Origin: Mantamonas sphyraenae STR306
Lineage: Eukaryota; Protista; CRuMs
DNA length: 64,000 bases
Direction: 5' to 3'
NCBI GenBank assembly: GCA_026936335.1
Contig: JAPMXV010000045.1
Location: forward strand, 372,001-436,000
The translations under genes and the position numbers were made by a program. Below are positions 25,044-38,050 of the stretch, piece after piece (position 1 is the first letter of the stretch; each line of letters begins with the position of its first letter). The notes beneath the pieces were generated by a model. The model did no database searches. It was not told the DNA's origin and was given only the letters and a program-made list of their open reading frames with translations.

Positions 25044-26085
25044 TTAGATGGCCACATCGCCGGCGGTGTTGGCACTGGCAGACGACTTTTTGGGCAAATT
25101 CTTGTACGACTGTGTGACGAGGTAGAAGCTGTAGTAGACGAGAGAAAAGAGGCAAAACTCGAGGACGCGGTAGACATACTGGCGGGTGACGTAGGCAGAG
25201 GCGTCGTTGTCAATAGTTCCCGGGATGGAGAAAATGAGGAGGACGATAATGTATATGACAATGAAGAAGGAGATGAGGAGGTTGACACGGGCGACAATGG
25301 CGAGGGTGGAGGGATTGTTGGGATTGCCCTGGAAGCGAAAGTAGAAGCGGATGAGAAAGATGACGGTGATGACAAGGGCCAGGGTGGTGGAGATGAAGTA
25401 CATCAAGGATCCCGTGGCACGCACGTCGCCGTGGGTCCAGGCCTTGAGGATGGTGCCGATGAGGCCAAAGAGAAGCGTCACGCTCACAAAGGCCTTGTAG
25501 AAGTTGAGGACACGGCGCTGGATGCCGGCGCGTCCGTGGTGCGAGTATGTGACTGTGGTCCACATGTAGCAGACGAAAATGCCGCCGGTGACGAGCAGCA
25601 GGTTGCCCAGGTCAAAGAGAATGGACGAGCTCACGTAGTCGCGGTTGTGGGCGACTCCCAGAATCCCAGACAGCAGTTTGCCTGGGTGTGGCATGAGCCA
25701 GGGCAGTCGAAATGGTGGGGTGTGTGTGTTTTCGTGTGAGAGAGCGGCGTGGGTGTGCGAGTGCGGTGGAAGGGGAACAGAGGAAGGGAAGAGCCAAAAA
25801 TTCGCGCGTCACGGAGACGAGGGAGGGAGGAGGAAACGGGGACGGCAGCGCAGACGTACAGAGGGAGCCCAGACCTCCACAGATATAGCAGAGGGTGCGC
25901 ATGCTAATGAGGCGCAGGCCCATGTAGCGCTGGATGCTGATGGCCTGATGCAGGAGGATGACGGCGAGGACGCTGGTGATGAGATTGAGCACAATCGAAA
26001 CGGCGTGGTAGGTGTCGCACAAAGGTTGGTCACACGTGCCCGGATCGACAATGCGAGCGTCACAGATGCAATCGGCGTCTGCCAT
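25044..26085 (-). CDS. Orphan multi-pass (about 7TM) membrane protein, paralogue of 37129-37971
   Basis: MADADCICDAR...CDQPLCDTYH; intron 25859-25682 joins the ORFs in frame; about 7 hydrophobic segments; YVTRQYVYRVLE motif. Confidence 0.75.
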
Positions 26086-26169
26086 GGCCGTGTGGGGTGG
26101 AAATTGGAATGGCCCAAAAAAACCAAAAGGAAGGGTTTGTTGTGGGTGCGTTTGCCCCGTTGCAGCTGC

Positions 26170-27187
26170 TCACATGTGGAGGACGGTCTGGTCCAGAGGA
26201 TGCTCACTCTGGATGTCCCACGTGATCTTGATGGTGGAGGAGTTGACGATGTGGGCACGGCAGTTGCAGTTGTCGTCCACGACGGCAGTACCCCACACAA
26301 CCTTCTTCTCACCGTCGAGGAACTCAATGTCGATGTCGTTGAAGACCACGTTGCCGTTCTTCGGGTAGTTGTCGCAGCGCCACACCTTTTCCATGACAAA
26401 GAAGGAGTGGTCAAACACCTTGGGCTGGCCGTTCTCGTCGTTCTGGATGGGGATGGAGGAGAACACGCTCTGACCCGTGGTCGTGTCTGTGTTCAGCATG
26501 CTGTAGCTGTTGTTTCCCTGCTCCAGCCAGATCTGGCAGTGCATCACGTCACCCGGGGAGACGGAGATGCTCTCCGAGTTGTGGTTGTGGACGGGCGACC
26601 CTGCACGGAGGCGAGAAAGGGGGTCAGGCACAACGGGGACAATGTGTCAGCGATGCGAATGGGCATGTGTGTCGCTCGTGTGACCCACTGCAACGAAATG
26701 GCCAGCACCGGACGCCGCAAAAAAGGACTTAAGCCGTCCACGCGCCTCTTTCTTTGGCCGTTCTTTCCATTGCATGGACTCTCCGTACAACCTACACTGG
26801 AAATATTCGTTGTAGGCATTCCAGCCGTTGCCAAGCCACGGGTTGACGGTCTGGATGAGGTTGCTGGGAGGAGAAATCAGCGGGGAACAGCGTCAGCAGC
26901 AGAAGCAAAAAGAGGAGCCTGAGCCAAAAAGGCCAAACCCAAACGCACAGGTTGTCGTGAGACTCCACCGAGCCCCAAGGAGAATAGAAAGCGTCGTTGT
27001 TTCCGTTGGCAGGGAGGTCTGGGACGACCATGGTGTAGCTGAGCGACTTGATGCCGATTTGGGTCTTGCTGGGATGGACGCCGACGGCATAGCCCATCCA
27101 ACCCTGGGCAGGGTCCTGGGCCAATGTGGCGGTGGCCAACATAAAGAGGAAAAGGGCAACGAGGTTGCTGCGCGACTGGGCAAACAT
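26170..27187 (-). CDS. Secreted concanavalin-fold protein, peptidase G1 (glutamic peptidase)-like, 3 exons
   Basis: Signal peptide, GWMGYA, MVVPDLP, FYSPW, NLIQTVNPW, AYNEYF, VSPGDVM, FFVMEK, VVFNDI. The order and the Q/E pair resemble eqolisin-type peptidases. Confidence 0.6.
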
Positions 27188-27265
27188 TGCGTTGAGGTGT
27201 GTGGTGGGTTGGGGGCGGTGGCGGAGCCAAACCCACGAAACCCTGCACACACAAGCCCTGCCAAC

Positions 27266-28927
27266 ATGCCAGGTCGCAACCGGTCCCGTCGGGGCACAAA
27301 GAACATGCGCAAGAACACAGACATTGCAGACCTGGAAACGGCGTTGGAGGAGCGCCGCGAAGAGGTGCGGCAGCGAGGCGGAGAGCTGGACGAGTTGGCG
27401 GATTCGGAGTTGTTTGTGGTGGACGCCAAGGGAGACGGGGCGGCGGCCCCGCGGCAGAGCAGGCGGGGAAAACGGGAGCCGTGGTTCAAGCGCAAGTTGA
27501 GGGAAATGCAGCGAGGGAACATGGAGCCTGTGGGGACGAAGAACGTGACGCGTGCGAAACATGCACAGGAGCCACAGCGCAAGATGAAGTACACAAAAGA
27601 GACGTTGAGCAAAGCGCAGGCGTTGCTGGCAGGGAAATTCGAGGAAGACAGCGACAGTGAGACTGAGTACGAAGGAATGTCGGAGGCGCTGCAGCAATAC
27701 CTGGTTCAGCGAATGCAAACAAAGCGGACGCGTCAGGAGAGGCCGCTGGGGACTCATCGGGCTGGAAAGAAGAACAAGAAGAGCTTGCGACGGGTCACAG
27801 TGCGTGCGTTAAAGGAGAATCCGGACATGCTGGCTTATGTGGAGGGCAAGGGTTGGGCTGAGGACGAGGACGGGCAGGTGGCCAAGTACGGCCTGGAACA
27901 CATCAGCCGCAGCGAGGCAGAGCCAGAGGAGGAGACACGCAACCCATGGAAGGACATTCCCCGAGTGCGAGACAACCGCTTTGTGCGCAAGTTGCAGGAG
28001 GCACGCCAGAAGGGCCTGAACGAGGTTGCGGCGGTGGAAGTGCACGCCGGTGCATCGTACGTGCCTGACAAGGAAGCGCACCAACGACTGCTGGCACAAG
28101 AAGTGGCACGTGACTTGGCGGCAGAGGAGCGGCGGGAGAAGCTGCGTGCGCAACTGGACGTCAAACACAAGTTTGCACACGAGGCGGAGCCGGACGATCT
28201 GACGTCACAGATGCTGGGTGTGCGTACAGACGTGGATCCGACACAACAGGGCGCCGGAGTGGCAGGCGACTCGGATTCTGAATCGGAAGACGAGTCGGAG
28301 GAGGAGGATTGGGGCCTGGCCACAGCAACAGCGAAGGAGAAGTTGCAACCTGTGCAGGGCAAACGCAAGACACGCAGACAACGCAACAAAGAAAAAGCGG
28401 CAGCAGAGAAGGAAGCAGCACGACTGGAGGCAAAGAAGCGAAAGCGTGAGGCACACGAGGTGGCACAGGCCAAACACAACGGGCAGGTGGTTGCACAGAA
28501 GCTGGCAGAGCGGGAAGCGAAGCGGCAGCGACGTATGGAAGCGGCTGCAGAGCGTGAAAGGACGCTGCCGAAGCGATTGGGCAAGAGGAGGTACCGCGAG
28601 CCGAAGCAGGAGGTGCTGATGACGACGGAGCTGCCGTCGTCGTTGCGCTCTCTCAAGCCGCAGGGCAGTGTGTTGGCTGATCGCTACGACTCGTTGCTGC
28701 GACGCAACATTGTGGAGCCGCGGCAAAAGGCCAAGAAGCGCACTCCGAAGTATCCGAAGATCGAGTACGATCGTCGCGCGGTCGGTGAAAAGGCACGCAA
28801 GATGCACGAGGCACGCGAGCAGGAAAAGGCGGAGGAGAAGAAGAAGAAGCGTTTGGCAAAGGAAAAGCAGCGCGTGGACATGGCAGCAGCCAAGAAGAAG
28901 CAGTCGGAGCCCGCGCTGGTTTGGTGA
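27266..28927 (+). CDS. NOP53: Ribosome biogenesis protein Nop53/GLTSCR2
   Basis: SRRGTKNMRKNTDI, ELFVVDAKGD (Mtr4-binding LFxxD motif), HAGASYVP...HQRLL, RLGK...ELPSSLRSLKPQGSVLADRYDSLLRRNIVEPR. Confidence 0.93.
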   Translation: MPGRNRSRRGTKNMRKNTDIADLETALEERREEVRQRGGELDELADSELFVVDAKGDGAAAPRQSRRGKREPWFKRKLREMQRGNMEPVGTKNVTRAKHAQEPQRKMKYTKETLSKAQALLAGKFEEDSDSETEYEGMSEALQQYLVQRMQTKRTRQERPLGTHRAGKKNKKSLRRVTVRALKENPDMLAYVEGKGWAEDEDGQVAKYGLEHISRSEAEPEEETRNPWKDIPRVRDNRFVRKLQEARQKGLNEVAAVEVHAGASYVPDKEAHQRLLAQEVARDLAAEERREKLRAQLDVKHKFAHEAEPDDLTSQMLGVRTDVDPTQQGAGVAGDSDSESEDESEEEDWGLATATAKEKLQPVQGKRKTRRQRNKEKAAAEKEAARLEAKKRKREAHEVAQAKHNGQVVAQKLAEREAKRQRRMEAAAERERTLPKRLGKRRYREPKQEVLMTTELPSSLRSLKPQGSVLADRYDSLLRRNIVEPRQKAKKRTPKYPKIEYDRRAVGEKARKMHEAREQEKAEEKKKKRLAKEKQRVDMAAAKKKQSEPALVW

Positions 28928-29576
28928 GCGGGCAAGCACTTGTTGTTGTTGTTGCGGCGTGATTGGTTTGCGCTCCGAGCGTGGGCACATGTGAATGGAT
29001 TCCCATACACCTACACCTGGCGTCTTCTTCCATTCTTCTTCCCCTCCCCCCCCTTTCCCTGTGGGCAATGCTTGTTGTGACCATGGGGTACGGTGCGATG
29101 GCGGGCGGAATCTTGCAGTCCCATATCGTCTCTGCTAGCGCCTGCCGTGCACTCCATGCATCCACACACACTCCTTCCAACATGGATGTGCATGCACAAG
29201 TGCAACGTTCAAAAACGCCTCGGATGCGGTCAAAAGCCGATGCGGCGCCGACGCTCGCGCCCGACCAACACAAACCAAAGAGCCAAACTCGAAGGACTTC
29301 CTTGACCGACTTCAAAACAGTCAAAGAAACACTCGAAGCGAACAAAACTCAACCAACAACCAAACTCTTCTTTTTAAAGGTGTGTTTGAGTGCGTGCATG
29401 TTGTGTCGTGTGTGCCGTGTGTGTCGTGTGTGGCCGCGACGTGCGTGCAGCTTTTTGCGCGCACGGCAACGGTCACATGTGGCGCCCGCCAAAAACGGCT
29501 CCCATCCGCGTCTACGCATCCGTATGCTGACTCTGTGTGTGCACGTGTGTACAGAAACAACTACCAAACAACAACA

Positions 29577-31306
<1,730 letters not shown>

Positions 31307-32035
31307 TGAGGTAAAATCCACCTGTTTGTCTTCCACTTTCATTCTCTGTCCATCCTTCCGTTTGTTGACCTTTCTCGTGTCGGCGCACCTTTTGGGCAAC
31401 GTGAAAAAGCGCCTGGTCGCAAGCCGTCCGCTTGGTCGTCTCATGCGCACACATGAGCTGTTGGTGTGCGCACGCGGAGTTGATAGGATGGTGACCTGCC
31501 TGTTTTCGCTCATTCCCGCGCGAAAGCGCAATCGAACGATGGCCATGACGCCGGGGCCCTTGGATGCGAGGCTCCGGCAGATGCGTGGTCCTGAACACAC
31601 AGCGGTTGGGAAGGTCTGTGCAGCCGAACTACCTCGAGAGGAGGTCTACTATCGTAGCGGTAGTGGACTGCCGAACCAGAAACGTTTGTTGTTGCTTGCT
31701 GATCTTGGGGTGACGTCTTGGCACGTCCGGCCGAGGATGCGTCGCGATGTCGTGCGCAGAGGCTGTCCATTGGTTTCGGCCGTGGGCTCTGGATCGTCGC
31801 AAGTGTGGAACGCACGGCAGAGGCTGCGAGGGCTGCTTGCATGCATTCATGGCGTGTGGGTTGTCCGAGTTCCGTTTGCTCGTCTATGAGTTCAATGCGC
31901 GGGGTGCGAGCACAGTCGATGTGCTCCATGGACTCAATCCAGACTAGTTGCGCGAAAGCACACCTCCATTTTTTTGTGTTTGTGTGTGTGGGGGGGAGAT
32001 GTTGACTGTGCCACGTCGTGGTTGTCTGTGTCTCC

Positions 32036-34490
32036 TCACCCGCGGATCACCTGCTGCACGGCAGCCATCTCCTTGCAAAACTCCTCAAGCACAACCAAAG
32101 CCTGCACAAACGTCTCGTGCTGCGCATCCAGGGCCATTTGGGACGTGATGTCCTCCTGTGAAGCCTGTGCGTCGTCTGCACCCACCTGCAGCACACGGCG
32201 CGCCTCTTGCATGATCTCGCCAAAGTTTGCGATGCGCGATGCCTCTTCCTTTGCCTGCTCTGCAACCTGCTGCAGCACAGAGTAAACTGTACGCACTCCA
32301 GCCTCGTCTTTCATCTTCCACGCGGGTACGTCGCCTTGCATGCTGCCTGGAGCGGCACCCAGCGTCCGTACGGGCTCCAGAAAGTAGTTGTGCAAGCTCG
32401 CCACTGGCAGCTGCGCCAGCCGGCTCAGGATACCCGTGAGCACCGCATTGGCGTTCATCGATGATTCCAGAGACACCTCCAACTTGTCCAGGAGGATGCT
32501 CAGGAACAGGCCCTCGGCCTCGATCCCGTCGTCGTCCAGCGTTTCGTTTTGCGCTGCCGCTTCCTCCTCCGTCTGCATCGCCTCTTGCATTTCCTGCAGC
32601 TTCGCCTCGTCCAACCAGCCCTTGCACTTCAGCTGCGCGTATCCTACGTTTTGTTGGGCATCCACCAGGTATGCGTCGTAGCCGTGCACGTGTGTACCCG
32701 ACTCGCCAGCACCCATCTCCGGGTTGCTGAATGCAAACAGCTCCAGCCACGCGTTCCCACCTTCACCCTGGCCTTGTTTGTCTGTGTTCTCCTCCGCATC
32801 CTCCTCTGCCGGTGGCTCCTCAAACAGAGACCCCTCCGTGCCAGCAGGGAGTAGATTGCGCGCAACCAAGTTGTACACCACTGCCTGGTCGCATGTGTCC
32901 ACCAGATCCTCAAACAGCTGCAGGGTCGCCAGTGCCGTCTTTTCTTCCATGTACATGACCCTGTGGATCAGCGTCTTGCGCACAAGGTGGCCCTTGCGCT
33001 GTGCAGGCGTCTCGGGACCAACAAACGCCCCGAGCAGATAATGAACCAGTGCCTCCCGGTTCTCGCTTGTGTTCAGTGCCTCCACAAGGCCACTCAAGTG
33101 GATGGTGGCGTTCACAATAGCCCCTTCCGATGCTTCCAACAACCGCGGCTGAAGCACTTGACACAGAAACTCGCTGTGCAACGCCTCGGCAATCTGCTCG
33201 CGCAACTGTGGGTGCGACGCCTGCGCCACCTGATTCAGAAACTGGGCGTACTCGTAAAAGTCTTCAATGGCCAGCGGTTGTGTGGACAACACCTCCTGTG
33301 CCGCCTCGGCACTCTCGGGCATCTTGTAGAAGTGCATTGTCAGGCCGTTCATCAGGTACGCGGCAAACTCGGTGTGCCGCACCACAAACTCTGTGATCTC
33401 CTGCTTGTGCAGCTGCAGGCAGCTCAACAGGCCCTCGCGTGCTCGTTGCTGCGTAATCACCTGCTCGTCGTTCAGGAAGGGCACGAGTGCAGAGAACAGC
33501 ACAAAGTCCACTCCGCTGCCTCCTCCCTCACCACTCGCTCCGTTCTTCTTTGCTGTGTTGCGGAAGAAGATTGAAAAGTAGTCCGGGTGTTCCTCCAGTC
33601 GGCTTGCCAGGTTGGCCAGAAACGACACAAAGTTGAACTTGTGGTCCAACGACACCACCTTGTCGGGCTCGTCAAGTGAGTGAACAATCACTGCCATCAG
33701 GGTTCCGTGAACGTTCACATTCGGGATCAGCGGATCCTTGATCTCCTTGAGCATCGTAGAGAAAGCGTTCATCACCAACGACGCCACTCCTGTCGGGCTC
33801 TGTGACCCCTCCCCCTTGTGTTAGCCGTGGCCCAAAACACAGATCCCGCTTTTCCGGCCCTCTCGGCCGTGTTCTGTCCCCGTTCTGCCTTTATCGCTGC
33901 CACGCTTGCCGCCATGTATGCCCTTCCGCCCACAATACACTTCTATCCACTCACCTCTGTCTTGGCAAACGCCCACAGCGTCTCCATCACCCGCTCCGAC
34001 AGAAAGTACTCCAGAACGGGTCCCGTGCCGCCATCCTGCTTTGTCTGCTCCTCGTTCGACTCATCCACCAGGATCTTCACCATTGCGTCCAGCTGCTCCT
34101 CTGCATACCTGTACTTTGTTGCCTCGTCTACATGCGTCCATCATCCACCCGTGCACGTCCACAGCCCCGCGCGTCAGCTCTCCGCCCAAGCCATTTGCCT
34201 CCTCCTCACACACAGCGAGCCCACTCCCGCTCGCATTTGCTCAGCCCTCCAAGACGGCACCTCCCCATACACACCCCGCGGCGCTTCGCACTGCTCTCTC
34301 GCATCGTGTGTCACCACACCGCCCATGGACTACACTCACCAGCGTCTGACTGCGCACACGTGTACTGAAAGTTCTCCCAGTTGCTCTTGAACTTGTCCAG
34401 CGGCGTGTCCCCGCTCACCGCAAGCACATCCTCGAACAACTGGGAAGCGCCGCTCAACAGCTTGCCTGCTCCTCCAAACCAAGACGACAT
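32036..34490 (-). CDS. FHF complex subunit FHIP / FAM160 (retinoic acid induced 16-like) family
   Basis: MSSWFGG..; upstream exon ILVDE..AGWR.DPFWST-region reads ILVDESNEEQTKQDGGTGPVLEYFL; main exon FVLFSALVPFL, RAREGLL, EGLFLSILLDKLE...NAVLTGILSRLAQLP..LHNYFL, ALVVLEEFCKEMAA. The 3' end may have one more small exon. Confidence 0.82.
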
Positions 34491-34560
34491 GCTGTGTGGT
34501 TGGAGCCTGGGGGTGGAGGGATTTCGTTGCGTCGCCCGTCGCACTCTCTCGAGATCGCAC

Positions 34561-36998
34561 TCATCGCTTCTTCTTCACCAGACTCTTCTTGATCTTTTGC
34601 TTCTTCACCTTCTTTGGCAACTTGTTCTTTCGCCGCTCTCGGTTGTACTCTTTGATCCACTTTTTCCACTCCTTCTTCGACATTGTCTTTTGCAGCTCTT
34701 CCAAGCTCAGTTCGTCGTCCTCCTCGCCCTCTTCATCCTCCTCCTCCTCTTCCTCTTCCTCCTCCTCCTCTTCTTCTGCCCCACCCTCGTTGCCCGCATT
34801 CCCTGCAATCAGTGCAGCAGCTGCGGCCGCGGCCGACGAGCTGCTTCCGCCGCTACTGCCTCCCATGCCTGGCAGCTTGAATCCACCCATGTCAAATCCC
34901 CCCGAGGCTTCCACCTGCTCTCTTTCGACCTCTTCTTCGGCCTCTTCTCCCTCCTCTTCCCCCTCGTCTTCCAGCAGTGTCGGCTGGCTGCTGATTCCAC
35001 TAAGATCGCTCTTCAACCCAGTCAGCGTCTGGTAAAAGATGTCTGCGTCCTGGCCCCGCTTCGCTTTGCGTTTATCCTCCTCCAGGTTGGCGATTTCTGT
35101 CATCGTGCGCGGAATGTACGCCTTTTGGAACACGTTTTCGTCCATACGATCCTGTGCGGTCAGCTCCCGGCTGGCGTTGATCTCCTGCACACGATCCAGG
35201 TACGCATCGATGTTTTCGCTCGTGATGTGCATGTCCACGATAAAGTCAAACAGCTGGCGCTTCGTCATGGGGTTCAGGCCCTGTTTGCGGAAGTAGTCGG
35301 TGATGTTGCCGATATCCATGCGCAGAAACTCGAGGGCATTCGGGTGGTCGTGTTCCACACTCTGCGACACGTCAATGATGTACAGTTGGCTCTTGTGGTA
35401 CAGCAGGTTGTACTCGGACAAGTCCCCGTGCACAAGCTTGCACTCCTGGTACATCCGCCGCATGTCCTTGATCAGCTGCATGTAGCACGTGCGCAGCTTC
35501 CTCTCGCTCAGTTGCACGTTCTTCAGTCGCGGCGACGGCCACCCGTCCTTTCCCAGGAACTCCATCATCATAACGTGCATGCGCAGAAACAGCGGCTTCG
35601 GCGACGGGATGCCCGCGTTGTACAGACGGTTCAGGTTTCGAAACTCTTTCTCCGCCCACACTTTGACCATTTTGCGCGGATTCGACTTGCTGTACCCGCT
35701 CTTGAACCGGTGTTCTCCCTGTACATACCGCTCACGGTCCTTGAACACCAGAATCGACGTCTTGTAGATCTTGATTGCAAACTCTCCGTTGATCCTCTCC
35801 ACATCTGAGTCCTTGAATTCTGTCTCTGCTTCTTCCTCTTGACCATCTCCTGACTTGTCCTTGCCCTTGTTCGTTTCTCCCGCTGCAACACCGTCCTCCT
35901 CCTCACCCACCCCGTCCACAACTACCTCCTCCACTTGGCCGTCTCCCTGCCCGTCCTCTGCCCCGTCACCACCATCCTCCTCTTCCCCGTCCTCTTGCTT
36001 CTTGCCCTTGGCCTTGCTCTGCAGCCGAGCCTTGCGGTTCTGCCGCTGCTCTTCCATGTCTGCCTGAAGGGCGGCTGCAAAATTGCCTGTGCCGCACGCG
36101 TAGTACACGTTTGCTTCCTTGCCTGTGCTGATGCACCCGTTGATTTCGTCCACAATGCCTCGGTTGATCATTTTAAACAAGATCATTCGTGTGCGCGGAT
36201 CCAGCACTTGTTCAGCCGTCGCTCGGTCTGCCTTTTCCTTGACCCGCATCCTCTGCGTTTGTGACTTTTTTTCGCTCTCACGCACACTGTTGGCCACCAT
36301 GTGGGACATCCGCGGCGCATCCAGGTTCACCTTGCTGCCGAAGCGTGACAACCGGTCTTGCTCTGCCATATCTATGTGCACGCCAGCCATCCGTCGCACG
36401 TCCACACCCCCCACACAGTCCCCAGTGTTAGTTCACTCGAAAGGCCACACTGAATCTTGCCCAACCCCTCCTCCTGCCCGCACTTACCGCCATACTCCTT
36501 CTTGGAAATGCGCACCTGCGCATTCACCCCGCCCCCAGCGTTGCTGTTGCGCGACCCACCGCCCACCAGGGATTGGTACCGCTTTGTGATGTCCCCTCCA
36601 CTCTCTGCAAGCATCCCGTCCAAGTCCCATCCCTCTCCTTCGCCACCGTCGTCCTCCTCGTCGTCGTCCAAGTGCGTCCATTCTCGCTCGTCGTACTCCA
36701 GGCCCGGGTGGAGCACGTACTCCTTGTCTGCTTGCTGCTCCTTGCCCTCACCACCCTCCTCGTCCTCTCGCCACTTTGCATCTGCATCCATCACCACTCG
36801 CGAATACTCCTCCAGGTTCTCCGCCGTCACAAGATCTGCAGGGCGGATTTGGATCGTCTCGGCCTCCGTCACCTCAAACACCTTCTTCCCTCCCTGTTGG
36901 CCCTCCCCATCGTGAGATCCCAGCTGAGTCACGCGGAATCCACTTGTGTCCACCTGTTGTTGGTCCTCCTCCTCTTCGTCTGCGTCCACAAACTGCAT
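34561..36998 (-). CDS. RIO1: RIO1 atypical protein kinase
   Basis: KADRATAEQVLDPRTRMILFKMI, INGCISTGKEANVY, AIKIYKTSILVFKDRERYV, WAEKEFRNL, LVHGDLSEYNLL, IIDVSQSVEHDHP; intron 36487-36372. Confidence 0.96.
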
Positions 36999-37128
36999 CC
37001 TGCGTTTCGGTGGCTTCCCCGCCGCACTGCTTCATCCACACCAACCCACCTGTTTTGTGCGTGCGCCCTCTGCGCACCATTTATCCCCACCCTTCCCCTC
37101 CTCTGCCTCCCGTCCATCCTTGTCCACA

Positions 37129-37971
37129 ATGAGCACCTGCTCCGTGTGCGACATTCGCTCCGAGCGGTTCATCGACGGCTGTGACGTCTCCCTCTGCATG
37201 GGCTACCACGCTTTCACCCTAACTGCCTTTCTCATCATGTTTCTGGTCGCCAGCTTCCTCCTGTATCGCGCGCTGCGTGTCTCTGGCCTGAAAGTGACCA
37301 GTGCGCGCGTCACCGTCTACTACACGGGCCTCATTGCTGGCTTTGCCCGTGCCATTGCCAGCATCCTGGGACTTGCACAATCCACAGACCTCGTTTCCGT
37401 CTCCCTCCTCACCGACATCTGCTCCATCGCCCTCATTCTCGGCCTCATCGACACCGTCTACATTTGGAGTCGGCTCCAGGTCTCCAAGAGTGGCACCACC
37501 AGCAAGGTCAGCCAGTTCTTCAAGTACTTTGCGGCCGCAGAGGGACTTCTCTGCTCCCTGGGCATGTTCCTCAAGATCCCTGGGCCGGGTACCGACGTGT
37601 TTGCCGTCGGCGACCTCCTGCTGTACATCATGCTCATCTTGGGACTCCTCATCTGCTTCTTGGCCATGTCTATTTACTCTGCGCGCCACCTTCGCAGGCG
37701 CATGGCCGGAGAGGCCTCCAAAGATCCGCAGGCGCGTGTCAAGGACGTCAACGTGGTGGCCTGCTTCATCGTTCTTGCCTACGCCGTCACCCTGGCCACC
37801 TTCAGCTCCAACATCCAGCGCGCCCCTCCCGGACCCTACATTACCCGGCAAACCATCTACCGTGTGTTTGAGATCATCCTCCTGCTCTGCGTTCTCGCTT
37901 CGTTTCGCCTCCTCGACAACGCAAACGCCAATCCCCACGGGGGTCCCAAGCGCGCGGGCGGCACAGTTTGA
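37129..37971 (+). CDS. Orphan multi-pass (about 7TM) membrane protein, paralogue of 25044-26085
   Basis: MSTCSVCDIR...CDVSLCMGYH; about 7 hydrophobic segments; YITRQTIYRVFE; intronless. Confidence 0.78.
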   Translation: MSTCSVCDIRSERFIDGCDVSLCMGYHAFTLTAFLIMFLVASFLLYRALRVSGLKVTSARVTVYYTGLIAGFARAIASILGLAQSTDLVSVSLLTDICSIALILGLIDTVYIWSRLQVSKSGTTSKVSQFFKYFAAAEGLLCSLGMFLKIPGPGTDVFAVGDLLLYIMLILGLLICFLAMSIYSARHLRRRMAGEASKDPQARVKDVNVVACFIVLAYAVTLATFSSNIQRAPPGPYITRQTIYRVFEIILLLCVLASFRLLDNANANPHGGPKRAGGTV

Positions 37972-38050
37972 TGGATGGGAAAAAAAGATGGGAAAACATG
38001 CAACAACAATAGAGAATGGAATGAAAACAATCAAGTGTGCATTGCGTGTC

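Noticed and set aside
28963-29560. 347-aa ORF upstream of alpha-tubulin
   Set aside because: Spans the tubulin promoter, 5'UTR intron and first intron; composition is repeat-derived and non-coding-like.
31310-32030. Short ORFs between tubulin and FHIP (e.g. 31510-31929)
   Set aside because: No motifs and no convincing in-frame splice to FHIP; treated as UTR or intergenic, though a small exon cannot be excluded.
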